Shown here one piece after another: positions 18,445 through 27,843 of a stretch of DNA of 37,938 nt. Each line of letters opens with the position of its first letter. Position 1 is the stretch's first letter. Source of the DNA: a virus. Lineage: Duplodnaviria > Heunggongvirae > Uroviricota > Caudoviricetes. Both the position numbers and the translations under genes were made by a program. The stretch lies in IMG/VR virus record IMGVR_UViG_2529292758_000013. One strand, 5' to 3'. Under the pieces are notes generated by a model. The model saw only the letters and a program-made list of their open reading frames with translations. It did not search any database and had not been told where the DNA came from.

Positions 18445-19095
18445 ATGAGTCTGAGTCCCGCACGGCAGCATCGCCTGCGCGTTCAGGCTGAACAGGCCGC
18501 TCGCGAGGGTGGCAGTGTTCGCCACGCGTCGGGCTATGACCTGATGCTGCTGCAACTGGCGGAAGACCGCCGCCGTCTCAAGGGCGTTCAGTCCACGGTC
18601 AAAAAAGCGGAAATCAAGGTGGAGCTGCTGCTGAAATATACCGCCTGGGCGGAGGGCGTTCTGGCTGCCGGAGGCGCTCAACAGGATGACGTGCTGATGT
18701 ACGTGATGCTGTGGCGCATTGATGCCGGAGATTATGCCGGGGCGCTGGAGATCGGGCGTCATGCCCTGCGTCATGGCTGGGTGATGCCGCTGGGTAACCG
18801 CAACGTGCAGACCGTGCTGGCAGAGGAAATGGCAGACGCGGCGCAGAGCGCAATGCTTGCCGCCACCGGCTTTGATGCCGATCTGTTGCTGCAGACGCTG
18901 GAGCTGACAGACGGTCTGGATATGCCGGACCAGTCACGGGCGCGTCTGCATAAAGCGATTGGCGCTGTCCTGAGTGAAAGCAACCCGGCTTCCGCCCTTA
19001 ATCATCTCAACCATGCGTTACAGCTCGATCCCCGCTGTGGCGTGAAAAAAGACAAACATCAGCTGGAGCGCAGACTGCGCAATGACAGCCGCTGA
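18445..19095 (+). CDS. M: Terminase small (endonuclease) subunit, P2 gpM type
   Basis: 216-aa ORF following N; P2 order O-N-M-L. Confidence 0.8.
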   Translation: MSLSPARQHRLRVQAEQAAREGGSVRHASGYDLMLLQLAEDRRRLKGVQSTVKKAEIKVELLLKYTAWAEGVLAAGGAQQDDVLMYVMLWRIDAGDYAGALEIGRHALRHGWVMPLGNRNVQTVLAEEMADAAQSAMLAATGFDADLLLQTLELTDGLDMPDQSRARLHKAIGAVLSESNPASALNHLNHALQLDPRCGVKKDKHQLERRLRNDSR

Positions 19096-19190
19096 CAGAA
19101 CGTGCCCCCGCGCACGGGCGGCACGGGGTGGCGAAAGGCACTGCCACATCAAAACCCCGTCCACCGCCCTCTATTTCAGGAGAAAGCAGC

Positions 19191-19655
19191 ATGAAGTTTG
19201 TTGCGCCAGAACAGGCACCGGAACAGGCGGAAATCATCAGAAACACGCCGTTCTGGCCTGATGTGGACCTGTCGGAATTTCGCAGTGTGATGCGCACTGA
19301 CGGTACGGTGACGCAGCCGCGTTTAAAGCAGGTTGCGCTGTCGGCAATTTCGGAGGTCAACGCAGAGCTGTATGAGTTTCGCAGATGCCAGCAGATGCTG
19401 GGGTATGCCTCGCTGGCAGAGGTTCCGGCGGAACAGCTGGACGGCAAAAGTGAGCGCGTTCAGCACTATTTCAACGCGGTTTACTGCTGGGCACGCGCCA
19501 TGCTCAACGAACGTTACCAGGACTATGACGCCACGGCATCCGGTGCGAAGCGGGGCGAGGAACTGGCGGAAGCCAGCGGTGATTTATGGCGTGACGCCCG
19601 CTGGGCCATCAGCCGGGTGCAGGATGCGCCGCACTGCACAGTGGAGCTTATCTGA
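19191..19655 (+). CDS. L: Head completion/stabilisation protein, P2 gpL type
   Basis: SD AGGAGAAAG before ATG 19191; 154 aa; order after M. Confidence 0.78.
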   Translation: MKFVAPEQAPEQAEIIRNTPFWPDVDLSEFRSVMRTDGTVTQPRLKQVALSAISEVNAELYEFRRCQQMLGYASLAEVPAEQLDGKSERVQHYFNAVYCWARAMLNERYQDYDATASGAKRGEELAEASGDLWRDARWAISRVQDAPHCTVELI

Positions 19656-19858
19656 TGAAAGTGCGTGCGCATCAGTATGACACGGTGGACGCACTTTGCT
19701 GGCGTCATTACGGGCGCACGCAGGGTGTCACGGAGCAGGTACTGAAGGCAAATCCGGGGCTTGCCGAATACGGCCCCTTTTTACCTCACGGGCTGCAGGT
19801 GGAGCTGCCGGACATTCCGACCACCACCACCGTGCAGACCGTCCAGCTATGGGACTGA
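19655..19858 (+). CDS. X: Tail protein X
   Basis: 67-aa ORF with ATGA overlap with L, as P2 gpX (67 aa). Confidence 0.72.
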   Translation: MKVRAHQYDTVDALCWRHYGRTQGVTEQVLKANPGLAEYGPFLPHGLQVELPDIPTTTTVQTVQLWD

Positions 19859-19861
19859 ATT

Positions 19862-20077
19862 ATGACGCTTGAGCGAATCAGCGCCTTTATCACGTATTGC
19901 ATCGCCGTCGTGCTGGCCTGGCTGGGCGATTTGTCCATCAAGGATGCCTCAACGCTGGGCGGCCTGATGATTGGTGTGCTGATGCTGGCTATCAACTGGT
20001 ACTACAAACACAAAGCCTACCAGCTTCTGCGCGACGGGCAGATCTCGCGGGAGGACTATGAATCCATCAATCGTTAA
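19862..20077 (+). CDS. Y: Holin (two predicted transmembrane segments)
   Basis: 71-aa ORF with two hydrophobic helices (ISAFITYCIAVVLAWLG; LGGLMIGVLMLAINWYY), directly upstream of the endolysin. Confidence 0.7.
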   Translation: MTLERISAFITYCIAVVLAWLGDLSIKDASTLGGLMIGVLMLAINWYYKHKAYQLLRDGQISREDYESINR

Positions 20078-20570
20078 ACGCTGCCTTGTCGGGGCCGTGC
20101 TGGCTATTGCTGCCACGCTGCCGGGTTTTCAGCAGCTTCACACCTCCGTGGAGGGGCTGAAACTGATTGCCGATTACGAAGGCTGTCGTCTGCAGCCGTA
20201 TCAGTGCAGCGCGGGTGTCTGGACCGACGGCATTGGTAATACATCTGGCGTCATTCCAGGCAAAACCATTACGGAACGACAGGCAGCGGAAGGGCTGATC
20301 TCCAACGTGCTGCGTGTGGAGCGGGCGCTGGAAAGGTGTGTGAAGCAACAGCCGCCACAAAAGGTGTATGACTCGGTGGTGTCGTTTGCCTTCAACGTGG
20401 GGACAGGCAATGCCTGCAGCTCCACGCTGGTGAAATTGCTCAATCAGCGGCGCTGGGCGGATGCGTGCCGACAGTTGCCGCGCTGGGTTTATGTGAAAGG
20501 TGTGTTTAATCAGGGGCTGGATAACCGCCGTGCGCGGGAGATGGCCTGGTGTTTACAGGGAGCAAACTGA
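20058..20570 (+). CDS. K: Endolysin, phage lysozyme (GH24-like), P2 gpK type
   Basis: EGLKLIADYEGCRLQPYQCSAGVWTDGIGNT lysozyme motif; SD GGGAGGA before ATG 20058. Confidence 0.85.
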   Translation: MNPSIVKRCLVGAVLAIAATLPGFQQLHTSVEGLKLIADYEGCRLQPYQCSAGVWTDGIGNTSGVIPGKTITERQAAEGLISNVLRVERALERCVKQQPPQKVYDSVVSFAFNVGTGNACSSTLVKLLNQRRWADACRQLPRWVYVKGVFNQGLDNRRAREMAWCLQGAN

Positions 20571-20571
20571 A

Positions 20572-20949
20572 ATGAAAAAGAAAGTAATCAGCGGGCTGTT
20601 TCTGATGTTATGGATGGGGCTGTTAATCGAAGCAATGGTGTATCCGCAGGGGATTTTTCCGGTACTGGCAGCGTCCGGTGTCTGGGTAGCCTGTCTGCTG
20701 ACATGGGCGGTAATTCCGGTAGCACTGGCTGCGTTAATTAAGAATGGCCCGCTCTGGCAGGAGTTGAGGGCATCTTTGCTGAAGACAATTACCCGAAAAG
20801 AAAACGTATTTATCAGCTGGGTGATGCGATTGCTGATTGTCGTAAGTCTCGCCTGGACGGGGTGGGCTATTACCCTGGTCTTTTATCTACTGACCGTTAT
20901 TGCCTTCTGGATCACCCGTAATCAGATGGCGCAACAGGTAGCAGCATGA
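20572..20949 (+). CDS. lysA: LysA-like membrane protein (lysis timing)
   Basis: 125-aa ORF with several hydrophobic helices immediately after the endolysin; SD GGGAG upstream. Confidence 0.6.
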   Translation: MKKKVISGLFLMLWMGLLIEAMVYPQGIFPVLAASGVWVACLLTWAVIPVALAALIKNGPLWQELRASLLKTITRKENVFISWVMRLLIVVSLAWTGWAITLVFYLLTVIAFWITRNQMAQQVAA

Positions 20950-21374
20950 ACCGGTTGCTGCTGGTTGTGCTGGCGTTATTACTGGCGGCGCTGGGCTGGC
21001 AGGCGTGGCGGCTGGCTGATGCCAGCCAGACCATTAGCACGCAGGCAGACGAGCTGCAGAGCAAAAGCCAGGCACTGGCAAAGAGCAACAGCCAGCTTAT
21101 CAGCCTGTCCATTCTGACTGAAACCAATAACCGGGAGCAGGCGCGGCTCTACGCCGAAGCAGAACAGACCAGCGCGCTGCTGAGACAACGACAACACCGG
21201 ATCGAGGAACTGAAACGTGAGAACGAGGATTTACGCCGCTGGGCTGATATTCCTTTGCCTGCTGACATTATCCGGCTGCGGGAACGTCCGGCACTCACCG
21301 GAGGTGCAGCTTACCGTCAGTGGTTGTCCGCGAGTGACGCCGTGTCGGCTGGATCAGACAGCGCTGCGCACTAA
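20946..21374 (+). CDS. lysB: LysB, Rz-like i-spanin
   Basis: 142-aa ORF with N-terminal TM (LLLVVLALLLAALGW) and coiled-coil-like Q/E/R-rich body. Confidence 0.7.
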   Translation: MNRLLLVVLALLLAALGWQAWRLADASQTISTQADELQSKSQALAKSNSQLISLSILTETNNREQARLYAEAEQTSALLRQRQHRIEELKRENEDLRRWADIPLPADIIRLRERPALTGGAAYRQWLSASDAVSAGSDSAAH

Positions 21375-21507
21375 CGGTGATCTGAACGCGTTGCTGGATG
21401 AAACGGAGGCCGCCTGGGCGGTCTGTGCAGACAAAGTGGACATGATTATTGCCTGTCAGGAGCGAAACAGTGAACAAACCACAATCCCTGCGCCACGCCC
21501 TCAATAA
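21217..21507 (+). CDS. lysC: LysC, Rz1-like o-spanin lipoprotein in an overlapping frame (GTG start)
   Basis: Signal peptide with lipobox LTLSGC; starts inside lysB in another frame and extends into the start of R. Confidence 0.55.
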   Translation: MRTRIYAAGLIFLCLLTLSGCGNVRHSPEVQLTVSGCPRVTPCRLDQTALRTNGDLNALLDETEAAWAVCADKVDMIIACQERNSEQTTIPAPRPQ

Positions 21508-21901
21508 AGCGGTGCCTTATGTCCGCAATAACCCGGACAAACTGCATCTGTTTGTGGATAACGGTTCGCTGGTTGCCACGGGGGCCAGCTCCATGTCATG
21601 GGAGTACCGTTACACCCTGAACGTGGTGATAGAAGATTTCAGCGGCGACCAGAATCTGCTGATGGCCCCGGTTTTGCTGTGGCTGCGGGATAACCAGCCC
21701 GATGCCATCAATAATCCGGCGTTACGGGAAAAGTTATTCACCTTTGAGGTGGATATTCTGCGCAATGATGTCTGTGATATCAGCCTGAACCTGCAACTGA
21801 CGGAGCGTGTGCTGGTCAGTACTGACGGCAGTGTGTCGAGCGTTGAAGCTATAGCGGAACCTGATGAACCTGAAGAAATGTGGACGGTGAAACGTGGCTG
21901 A
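21470..21901 (+). CDS. R: Tail completion protein R (start probably GTG 21470; the ORF track's 21449 start is an alternative)
   Basis: VNKPQSLRHALNKAVPYVRNNPDKLHLFVDNGS resembles P2 gpR N-terminus from memory. Confidence 0.78.
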   Translation: MNKPQSLRHALNKAVPYVRNNPDKLHLFVDNGSLVATGASSMSWEYRYTLNVVIEDFSGDQNLLMAPVLLWLRDNQPDAINNPALREKLFTFEVDILRNDVCDISLNLQLTERVLVSTDGSVSSVEAIAEPDEPEEMWTVKRG

Positions 21902-22346
21902 ATTGCAGAAGGTGGACGACTGGCTGAGTGCCTTGCTGGCGAATCTGGAGCCAGCCGCAAGAAGCCGCATGATGCGCCAGCTGGCGCAGGAACTGCGCCG
22001 GACACAGCAGCAGAACATCAGGATGCAGCGTAATCCTGATGGCAGCAGCTATGAACCGCGAAGGGTAACAGCACGTAGTAAAAAGGGGCGCATCAAACGT
22101 CAGATGTTTACAAAGCTTCGCACCACAAAATACCTGAAAACTGCCGCCAGCGCCGATTCTGCCAGCGTGCAGTTTGAAGGTAACGTACAGCGTATTGCCC
22201 GTGTTCACCATTACGGCCTGCGTGATCGCGTCAGTCGCAAAGGACCGGAGATCCGTTACGCAGAGCGCAAATTGTTGGGTTTCAGTTCAGTTTCAATAAA
22301 CGTAGTCCATGATATTATATATTCGAGGATATCCAATTTAGATTGA
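21894..22346 (+). CDS. S: Tail completion protein S
   Basis: 150-aa ORF (GTG start overlapping the R stop); the last 15-20 codons lie in AT-rich sequence. Confidence 0.8.
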   Translation: MAELQKVDDWLSALLANLEPAARSRMMRQLAQELRRTQQQNIRMQRNPDGSSYEPRRVTARSKKGRIKRQMFTKLRTTKYLKTAASADSASVQFEGNVQRIARVHHYGLRDRVSRKGPEIRYAERKLLGFSSVSINVVHDIIYSRISNLD

Positions 22347-22354
22347 AAGTTTGA

Positions 22355-22379
22355 AATGGCAGATGCTCTGCCATTTTTT
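22355..22379. terminator. Hairpin plus T-run between convergent S and the reverse-strand cargo gene
   Basis: ATGGCAGA-tgc-TCTGCCAT followed by TTTTTT. Confidence 0.5.
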
Positions 22380-22381
22380 AT

Positions 22382-23134
22382 TTAGATACTGAGATTTTTT
22401 TTACATAATAGTATAAATTCACAGTACATGTTATAGATTTTAGTCGCACATCTGTTAGCTTTTTTTATGGTTTCTATCTTTTCAGGGGGGAGGCTCAATA
22501 AGGCAATCTCTCTGTCGCTGAGCATTGAAATAAACTCGCTGCTGCCTAAATACCCGGAGTTGCAGGCTAAAAAATAATTAAAGTTAGTTAACTCTTTGTG
22601 TAGTTCGTTAGATTTTATTTCTATTTCATTATCATGAAAATGATGTATGGCCTTTCCCCATTCATGGCAGTATGTTGTCATGTCTTTAAGGTTTGAGTCA
22701 TGAAATCTATTGCCAAAGTCATGGCTTTTTAGAAAGTCTATTGAGTTTGAATCTGGTGGTAATAATTTTATAAACTCTTTATATAGATTAATGTCAGAGT
22801 TCCTTTGTCTTTCTTTCTTTTCTCTGTTTTCTTTAATTTTAATACTGTCAAAGAACCATTCTGGCACTTTACTTAATAAGTTATAGGTTAACCCCAAAGC
22901 AATTAGAGTGATGGCTACCATCGTGCTTGGATTACCATTATCTATTTTTATTATATCAATATCTGCATTGAATTTTTTATTATATATATCAATTATAAAA
23001 TTAAGTGCCATGAGATAATATGGAATTGGTAGCGCAATTATGCTTAGCCCAGTTATAACTAAAGCCCAAGTTATTTTATTACTAAACTCAGGAAATATTA
23101 CATTGATTATTTTTTTAACAATATACCTTTTCAT
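22382..23134 (-). CDS. Hypothetical protein with two N-terminal transmembrane helices (250 aa), AT-rich cargo gene between tail genes S and V
   Basis: SD AGGGAG 7 nt before ATG 23134 (minus strand); TM segments ITWALVITGLSIIALPIPYYLMALNFII and MVAITLIALGLTYNLL; long Lys/Asn/Ile-rich soluble domain. Confidence 0.6.
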   Translation of the reverse strand: MKRYIVKKIINVIFPEFSNKITWALVITGLSIIALPIPYYLMALNFIIDIYNKKFNADIDIIKIDNGNPSTMVAITLIALGLTYNLLSKVPEWFFDSIKIKENREKKERQRNSDINLYKEFIKLLPPDSNSIDFLKSHDFGNRFHDSNLKDMTTYCHEWGKAIHHFHDNEIEIKSNELHKELTNFNYFLACNSGYLGSSEFISMLSDREIALLSLPPEKIETIKKANRCATKIYNMYCEFILLCKKNLSI

Positions 23135-23162
23135 TACTTAACTCCCTGAAAAATATACTAAT

Positions 23163-23180
23163 TGTGCCATGATTCATACA
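23163..23180 (+). promoter_or_regulatory. Late promoter element TGT-N12-ACA upstream of V
   Basis: TGTGCCATGATTCATACA read directly; centred about 55 bp upstream of ATG 23227. Confidence 0.5.
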
Positions 23181-23226
23181 TTTTTATCTACTGGTTGATA
23201 ATGTGTGGGGGATTTATGTTAGTGAC

Positions 23227-23805
23227 ATGAACGCACAGCTAACTGAAATCATGCGCCTTATCACCAACCTGATCCGCACAGGGGTAGTCACCGAAGTAGA
23301 CAGGGAAAACTGGCTTTGCCGGGTGAAAACGGGCGACCTTGAAACCAACTGGATCAGCTGGCTGACGCTGCGTGCCGGGAATGCCCGCACATGGTGGCGA
23401 CCATCGGAAGGTGAGCAGGTGGTGCTGCTGAGTCTGGGAGGCAATCTGGAAACCGCCTTTGCGCTGCCCGCTGTCTATTCGAATCAGTTCGCACCACCGT
23501 CGACGTCGGCGGACGCCTGCGTGACAGAACATCCTGACGGTGGCTGGTTTGAATACGAACCCGCCACCGGGCGCTGGTATGTCAGGGGCATCAAATCAAT
23601 GGTCATTGAGGCTGCTGACAACATCACCATGAAAACCAGTGAGTTTGTACTGGAGGCTGACCGCACGCGCATTAACAGCGAAGTGGTGATCAATGGTGGC
23701 GTTACCCAGGGCGGCGGAGCGATGAGTTCTAACGGGATCGTGGTTGATGCGCATCAGCATACTGGCGTCCTGAAAGGCGGCGATACAACCGGAGGCCCGG
23801 TATGA
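23227..23805 (+). CDS. V: Baseplate spike/assembly protein V
   Basis: MNAQLTEIMRLITNLIRTGVVTEVD...WISWLTLRAGNARTWWRPSEGEQVVLL resembles P2 gpV from memory. Confidence 0.85.
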   Translation: MNAQLTEIMRLITNLIRTGVVTEVDRENWLCRVKTGDLETNWISWLTLRAGNARTWWRPSEGEQVVLLSLGGNLETAFALPAVYSNQFAPPSTSADACVTEHPDGGWFEYEPATGRWYVRGIKSMVIEAADNITMKTSEFVLEADRTRINSEVVINGGVTQGGGAMSSNGIVVDAHQHTGVLKGGDTTGGPV

Positions 23806-24161
23806 CGCTTTATAGCGGGATGAACAATACCAGCGGCAAAGTCATTACTGATATTGATCATCTGCGCCAGTCGGTGCGGGACATTCTGCTGACACCGCAG
23901 GGTAGCCGTATTGCCCGCCGGGAATATGGTTCCCTGCTGTCGGCACTGATAGATCAGCCACAAAATCCGGCATTACGCCTGCAGGTCATGTCGGCAGTGT
24001 ATGTGGCGCTGAGTCGCTGGGAGCCACGGTTGACGCTGGATTCCATCACCATCAACAGCAATTTTGACGGTTCAATGGTGGTGGAGCTGACCGGGCGGCG
24101 GAATAACGGTGTGCCTGTGTCCCTTTCCGTATCAACAGGAGCAGAGAATGGCAGTGATTGA
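23802..24161 (+). CDS. W: Baseplate protein W (gp25-like)
   Basis: 119-aa ORF overlapping the V stop; order V-W-J-I. Confidence 0.82.
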   Translation: MTLYSGMNNTSGKVITDIDHLRQSVRDILLTPQGSRIARREYGSLLSALIDQPQNPALRLQVMSAVYVALSRWEPRLTLDSITINSNFDGSMVVELTGRRNNGVPVSLSVSTGAENGSD

Positions 24162-25056
24162 CCTTTCGCAGTTGCCTGCACCGCAGATTGTGGATGTGCC
24201 GGACTTTGAGACGCTGCTTGCCGAACGCAAGGCAGAATTTGTGGCGCTTCATCCGAAAGATGAGCAGGAAGCAGTGATCCGCACGCTGGAACTGGAATCT
24301 GAACCCGCCACTAAATTGTTGCAGGAGAACGCTTACCGTGAGTTGCTTCTGCGCCAGCGCATTAACGAAGCCGCGCAGGCGGTGATGGTGGCTTACGCGA
24401 TGGGCGGCGATCTTGACCAGCTCGCCGCCAATTACAACGTGAAACGCCTGACGGTGACGCCTGCTGATAATGACGCTGTACCGCCCGTTGCAGCAGTGAT
24501 GGAAAGCGATGAAGCGTTACGCCTGCGTGTGCCTGCAGCCTTTGAAGGACTTTCAGTTGCGGGGCCAACTGCAGCTTATGAATTTCATGCCCGAAGCGCC
24601 GACGGTCGGGTGGCGGATGCCAGTGCAACCAGCCCGGCACCTGCAGAGGTGGTGCTGACAGTCCTTAGCCGCGAAGGCGACGGAACAGCAGAAAAAGACC
24701 TGCTGGATGTGGTGGAGAAAGCACTGAACAGTGAGAATGTCCGCCCGGTGGCTGACCGTCTGACGGTTCGCAGCGCGGAAATCATCCCGTACCGCGTGGA
24801 AGCCACCATTTTTCTCTATCCGGGACCGGAAGCAGAGCCGGTAATGGCAGCGGCAAAAGCCAGCCTGCAGAGGTACATTGCCAGTCAGACGCGGCTTGGT
24901 CGGGATATTCGCCGTAGCGCCATTTTTGCCGCGCTGCATGTTGAGGGTGTTCAGCGTGTGGAACTGGCTTCCCCGCAGGCGGACGTGGTCCTGAACAAAA
25001 CACAGGCGGCATCATGTACGCAGTGGAGCGTAACCAACGGAGGAACGGATGAATAG
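24148..25056 (+). CDS. J: Baseplate protein J
   Basis: 302-aa ORF, SD GGAGCAGAG before ATG 24148; P2 order. Confidence 0.82.
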   Translation: MAVIDLSQLPAPQIVDVPDFETLLAERKAEFVALHPKDEQEAVIRTLELESEPATKLLQENAYRELLLRQRINEAAQAVMVAYAMGGDLDQLAANYNVKRLTVTPADNDAVPPVAAVMESDEALRLRVPAAFEGLSVAGPTAAYEFHARSADGRVADASATSPAPAEVVLTVLSREGDGTAEKDLLDVVEKALNSENVRPVADRLTVRSAEIIPYRVEATIFLYPGPEAEPVMAAAKASLQRYIASQTRLGRDIRRSAIFAALHVEGVQRVELASPQADVVLNKTQAASCTQWSVTNGGTDE

Positions 25057-25654
25057 TCTGCTGCCACCGGGTTCAACTTCACTGGAGCGCCGACTGGCGC
25101 AAACCTGTAGCGGGATTTCTGATCTGCAGGTGCCGCTGCGTGACTTGTGGAATCCGGCTACCTGTCCGGTCAGCTTCCTGCCTTATCTCGCCTGGGCGTT
25201 CTCTGTGGATCGCTGGGACGAGGGCTGGACAGAAAGCGTCAAACGCCAGGTAGTGAAGGATGCTTTTTATATTCATCAGCATAAAGGAACCACCAGTGCC
25301 GTGCGGCGGGTGGTGGAACCGTTCGGATTCCTGATCCGCATTATTGAGTGGTGGCAGACCGGAGAAACACCGGGCACGTTTCGCCTGGATATCGGCGTGC
25401 AGGACCAGGGCATCACTGAAGATACCTATCTGGAACTTGAGCGGCTGATAAGCGATGCCAAACCATGTAGCCGTCACATGATCGGCATGTCCATCAACCT
25501 GCAGACCAGCGGCCCGCATTGGGTGGGAGCCGCCAGCTATCTTGGCGAAGAAATCACGATCTATCCGTATATCAACGAAACAATTATTTCCGGCGGCACC
25601 GCGCATGAAGGCGGGGCGGTCCATGTTATTGACACAATGAGAGTGAATCCATGA
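25049..25654 (+). CDS. I: Baseplate/tail protein I
   Basis: 201-aa ORF overlapping the J stop; P2 order. Confidence 0.8.
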   Translation: MNSLLPPGSTSLERRLAQTCSGISDLQVPLRDLWNPATCPVSFLPYLAWAFSVDRWDEGWTESVKRQVVKDAFYIHQHKGTTSAVRRVVEPFGFLIRIIEWWQTGETPGTFRLDIGVQDQGITEDTYLELERLISDAKPCSRHMIGMSINLQTSGPHWVGAASYLGEEITIYPYINETIISGGTAHEGGAVHVIDTMRVNP

Positions 25655-27198
25655 GCACAAAATTTTATACCCTGCTGACGGATATTGGCGCGGCGAAACT
25701 TGCCAGCGCCGCCGCGCTCGGTGTGCCGTTAAAAATTACCCATATGGCGGTAGGCGATGGCGGCGGAAGATTGCCAACGCCGGACGCAAAGCAGACAGCA
25801 TTAGTAAATGAGAAACGCCGGGCTGCGCTGAATATGCTCTATATCGACCCGCAAAACAGCAGCCAGATTATTGCTGAACAGGTGATCCCTGAAAACGAGG
25901 GTGGTTGGTGGATACGTGAAGTGGGCCTGTTTGATGAATCCGGGGCATTGATTGCCGTGGGCAACTGCCCGGAAAGCTATAAGCCGCAACTGGCTGAAGG
26001 CAGCGGGCGCACCCAGACCGTGCGCATGGTGCTGATTACCAGCAGCACGGACAATATCACCCTGAAAATCGATCCTGCTGTCGTGCTGGCAACCCGCAAG
26101 TATGTGGATGACAAGGTACTGGAGCTGAAGGTGTACGTGGATGATAAGATGGCAAAACATCTTGCCGCACCGGACCCGCATTCACAGTATGCACCCAAAG
26201 AAAGTCCGACGTTTACCGGGACACCCAAAGCGCCAACGCCAGCAGCAGGGAATAACACCACGCAGATTGCGACCACCGCGTTTGTTCAGGCGGCACTGAT
26301 GGCCCTTATTAATGGTGCGCCAGCCACACTGGATACGCTGAAAGAAATTGCCGCTGCCATTAATAATGACCCGAAATTCAGTACCACCATTAACAATGCG
26401 CTGGCACTAAAAGCACCGCTGTCGAGTCCGGCACTCACCGGAACGCCAACAGCACCTACTGCGGCACAGTCGGTCAACAATACACAGATTGCCACTACAG
26501 CTTTTGTGAAATCGGCGATTGCAGCAATGGTGGGTTCTGCACCTGCGGCACTGGATACACTGAACGAACTGGCAGCGGCGCTGGGGAATGATCCGAACTT
26601 TGCCACGACAATGCTGAATGCGCTGGCAGGTAAACAACCGCTGGACAATACGCTGACTAATTTGAGTGGAAAGGATGTAGCTGGTCTTCTCGCATACCTT
26701 GGTTTGGGAGAAGGTTCGGCATTACCCGTTGGTGTGCCTGTTCCGTGGCCTTCTGCAACACCGCCTACTGGCTGGCTGAAATGTAACGGTGCGGCTTTTT
26801 CTGCCGTTGAATATCCTAAGCTGGCGAAGGCTTACCCGACAAATAAATTGCCTGATTTACGCGGTGAGTTTATTCGTGGCTGGGATGATGGGCGTGGTGT
26901 AGATAATGGGCGAAGTCTTCTCACTGTTCAGGGGTATGCAACGGAGGATCATGCTCATGGATTACCGTCAAGATCCACGATTGTGACTGATGCAACGATT
27001 AATTTTTATTTTGATGAAACATGGGTAAACAGTGGTACTGATATTATCAAATGGGGGGATACAAGCGATGCCGGATTACCAGCCCCGAATTATGGAACCT
27101 TTAAAACATTTAAACAATCAGTGGCTGGTTTAGGTTCCGCAGCCTCAGAAACGCGTCCGCGTAATATTGCATTTAACTATATTGTGAGGGCTGCCTGA
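25651..27198 (+). CDS. H: Tail fiber protein H (515 aa) with an internal tandem repeat
   Basis: Conserved tail-fiber N-terminus (MSTKFYTLLTDIGAAKLA...); two copies of a roughly 75-aa unit containing NNTQIATTAFV...LDTL...NDP.F.TT..NALA.K.PL. Confidence 0.85.
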   Translation: MSTKFYTLLTDIGAAKLASAAALGVPLKITHMAVGDGGGRLPTPDAKQTALVNEKRRAALNMLYIDPQNSSQIIAEQVIPENEGGWWIREVGLFDESGALIAVGNCPESYKPQLAEGSGRTQTVRMVLITSSTDNITLKIDPAVVLATRKYVDDKVLELKVYVDDKMAKHLAAPDPHSQYAPKESPTFTGTPKAPTPAAGNNTTQIATTAFVQAALMALINGAPATLDTLKEIAAAINNDPKFSTTINNALALKAPLSSPALTGTPTAPTAAQSVNNTQIATTAFVKSAIAAMVGSAPAALDTLNELAAALGNDPNFATTMLNALAGKQPLDNTLTNLSGKDVAGLLAYLGLGEGSALPVGVPVPWPSATPPTGWLKCNGAAFSAVEYPKLAKAYPTNKLPDLRGEFIRGWDDGRGVDNGRSLLTVQGYATEDHAHGLPSRSTIVTDATINFYFDETWVNSGTDIIKWGDTSDAGLPAPNYGTFKTFKQSVAGLGSAASETRPRNIAFNYIVRAA

Positions 27199-27800
27199 TG
27201 AATGAAGCAGTATTAAATAGTGAGCTTATTGCTACAAAGGCGGGGGATATTACCGTTTATAATTATGATGGTGAGACGCAGGAATATATTTCAACATCAA
27301 CAGAATATCTTGCTGTCGGTGTCGGTATCCCGGCATGTTCTTGTTTAGATGCACCAGGTGCATCTAAAGCTGGTTATGCAATATGCCGCTCAACGGATTT
27401 GAACTCGTGGAAATATGTGCCAGACCATCGCGGTGAAATTGTTTATAGCACCGAAACAGGAGAACCAAAAGAAATCACAGAGCCAGGAGATTACCCTGAA
27501 AATACGAGCACTATCGCTCCGTTAACGCCATACGATAAATGGGATGGTGAGAAATGGGTGACAGATACTGAGGCACAATATGGTGCCGCAGTAAAAGCGG
27601 CAGAAGCACAGCGACAGTCACTAATTGATACTGCAATGGCTTCCATTAGTCTGATTCAACTGAAATTGCAGGCCGGGAGGAAGCTGACGCAGACAGAAAC
27701 CACCCGACTAAACGCTGTGCTGGATTACATTGACGCGGTGACGGCAACGGATACCAGCGCTGCACCTGACATTAACTGGCCCGAGATACCACAATTTTAA
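27198..27800 (+). CDS. G: Tail fiber assembly chaperone G
   Basis: 200-aa ORF with ATGA overlap with H. Confidence 0.72.
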   Translation: MNEAVLNSELIATKAGDITVYNYDGETQEYISTSTEYLAVGVGIPACSCLDAPGASKAGYAICRSTDLNSWKYVPDHRGEIVYSTETGEPKEITEPGDYPENTSTIAPLTPYDKWDGEKWVTDTEAQYGAAVKAAEAQRQSLIDTAMASISLIQLKLQAGRKLTQTETTRLNAVLDYIDAVTATDTSAAPDINWPEIPQF

Positions 27801-27808
27801 ATTCCTAC

Positions 27809-27834
27809 CCCCGCGTCTGCGGGGCTTATTTCAT
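27809..27834 (+). terminator. Hairpin plus T-rich tract after G
   Basis: CCCCGC-gtct-GCGGGG followed by CTTATTTCAT. Confidence 0.5.
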
Positions 27835-27843
27835 CCTGCCGTT

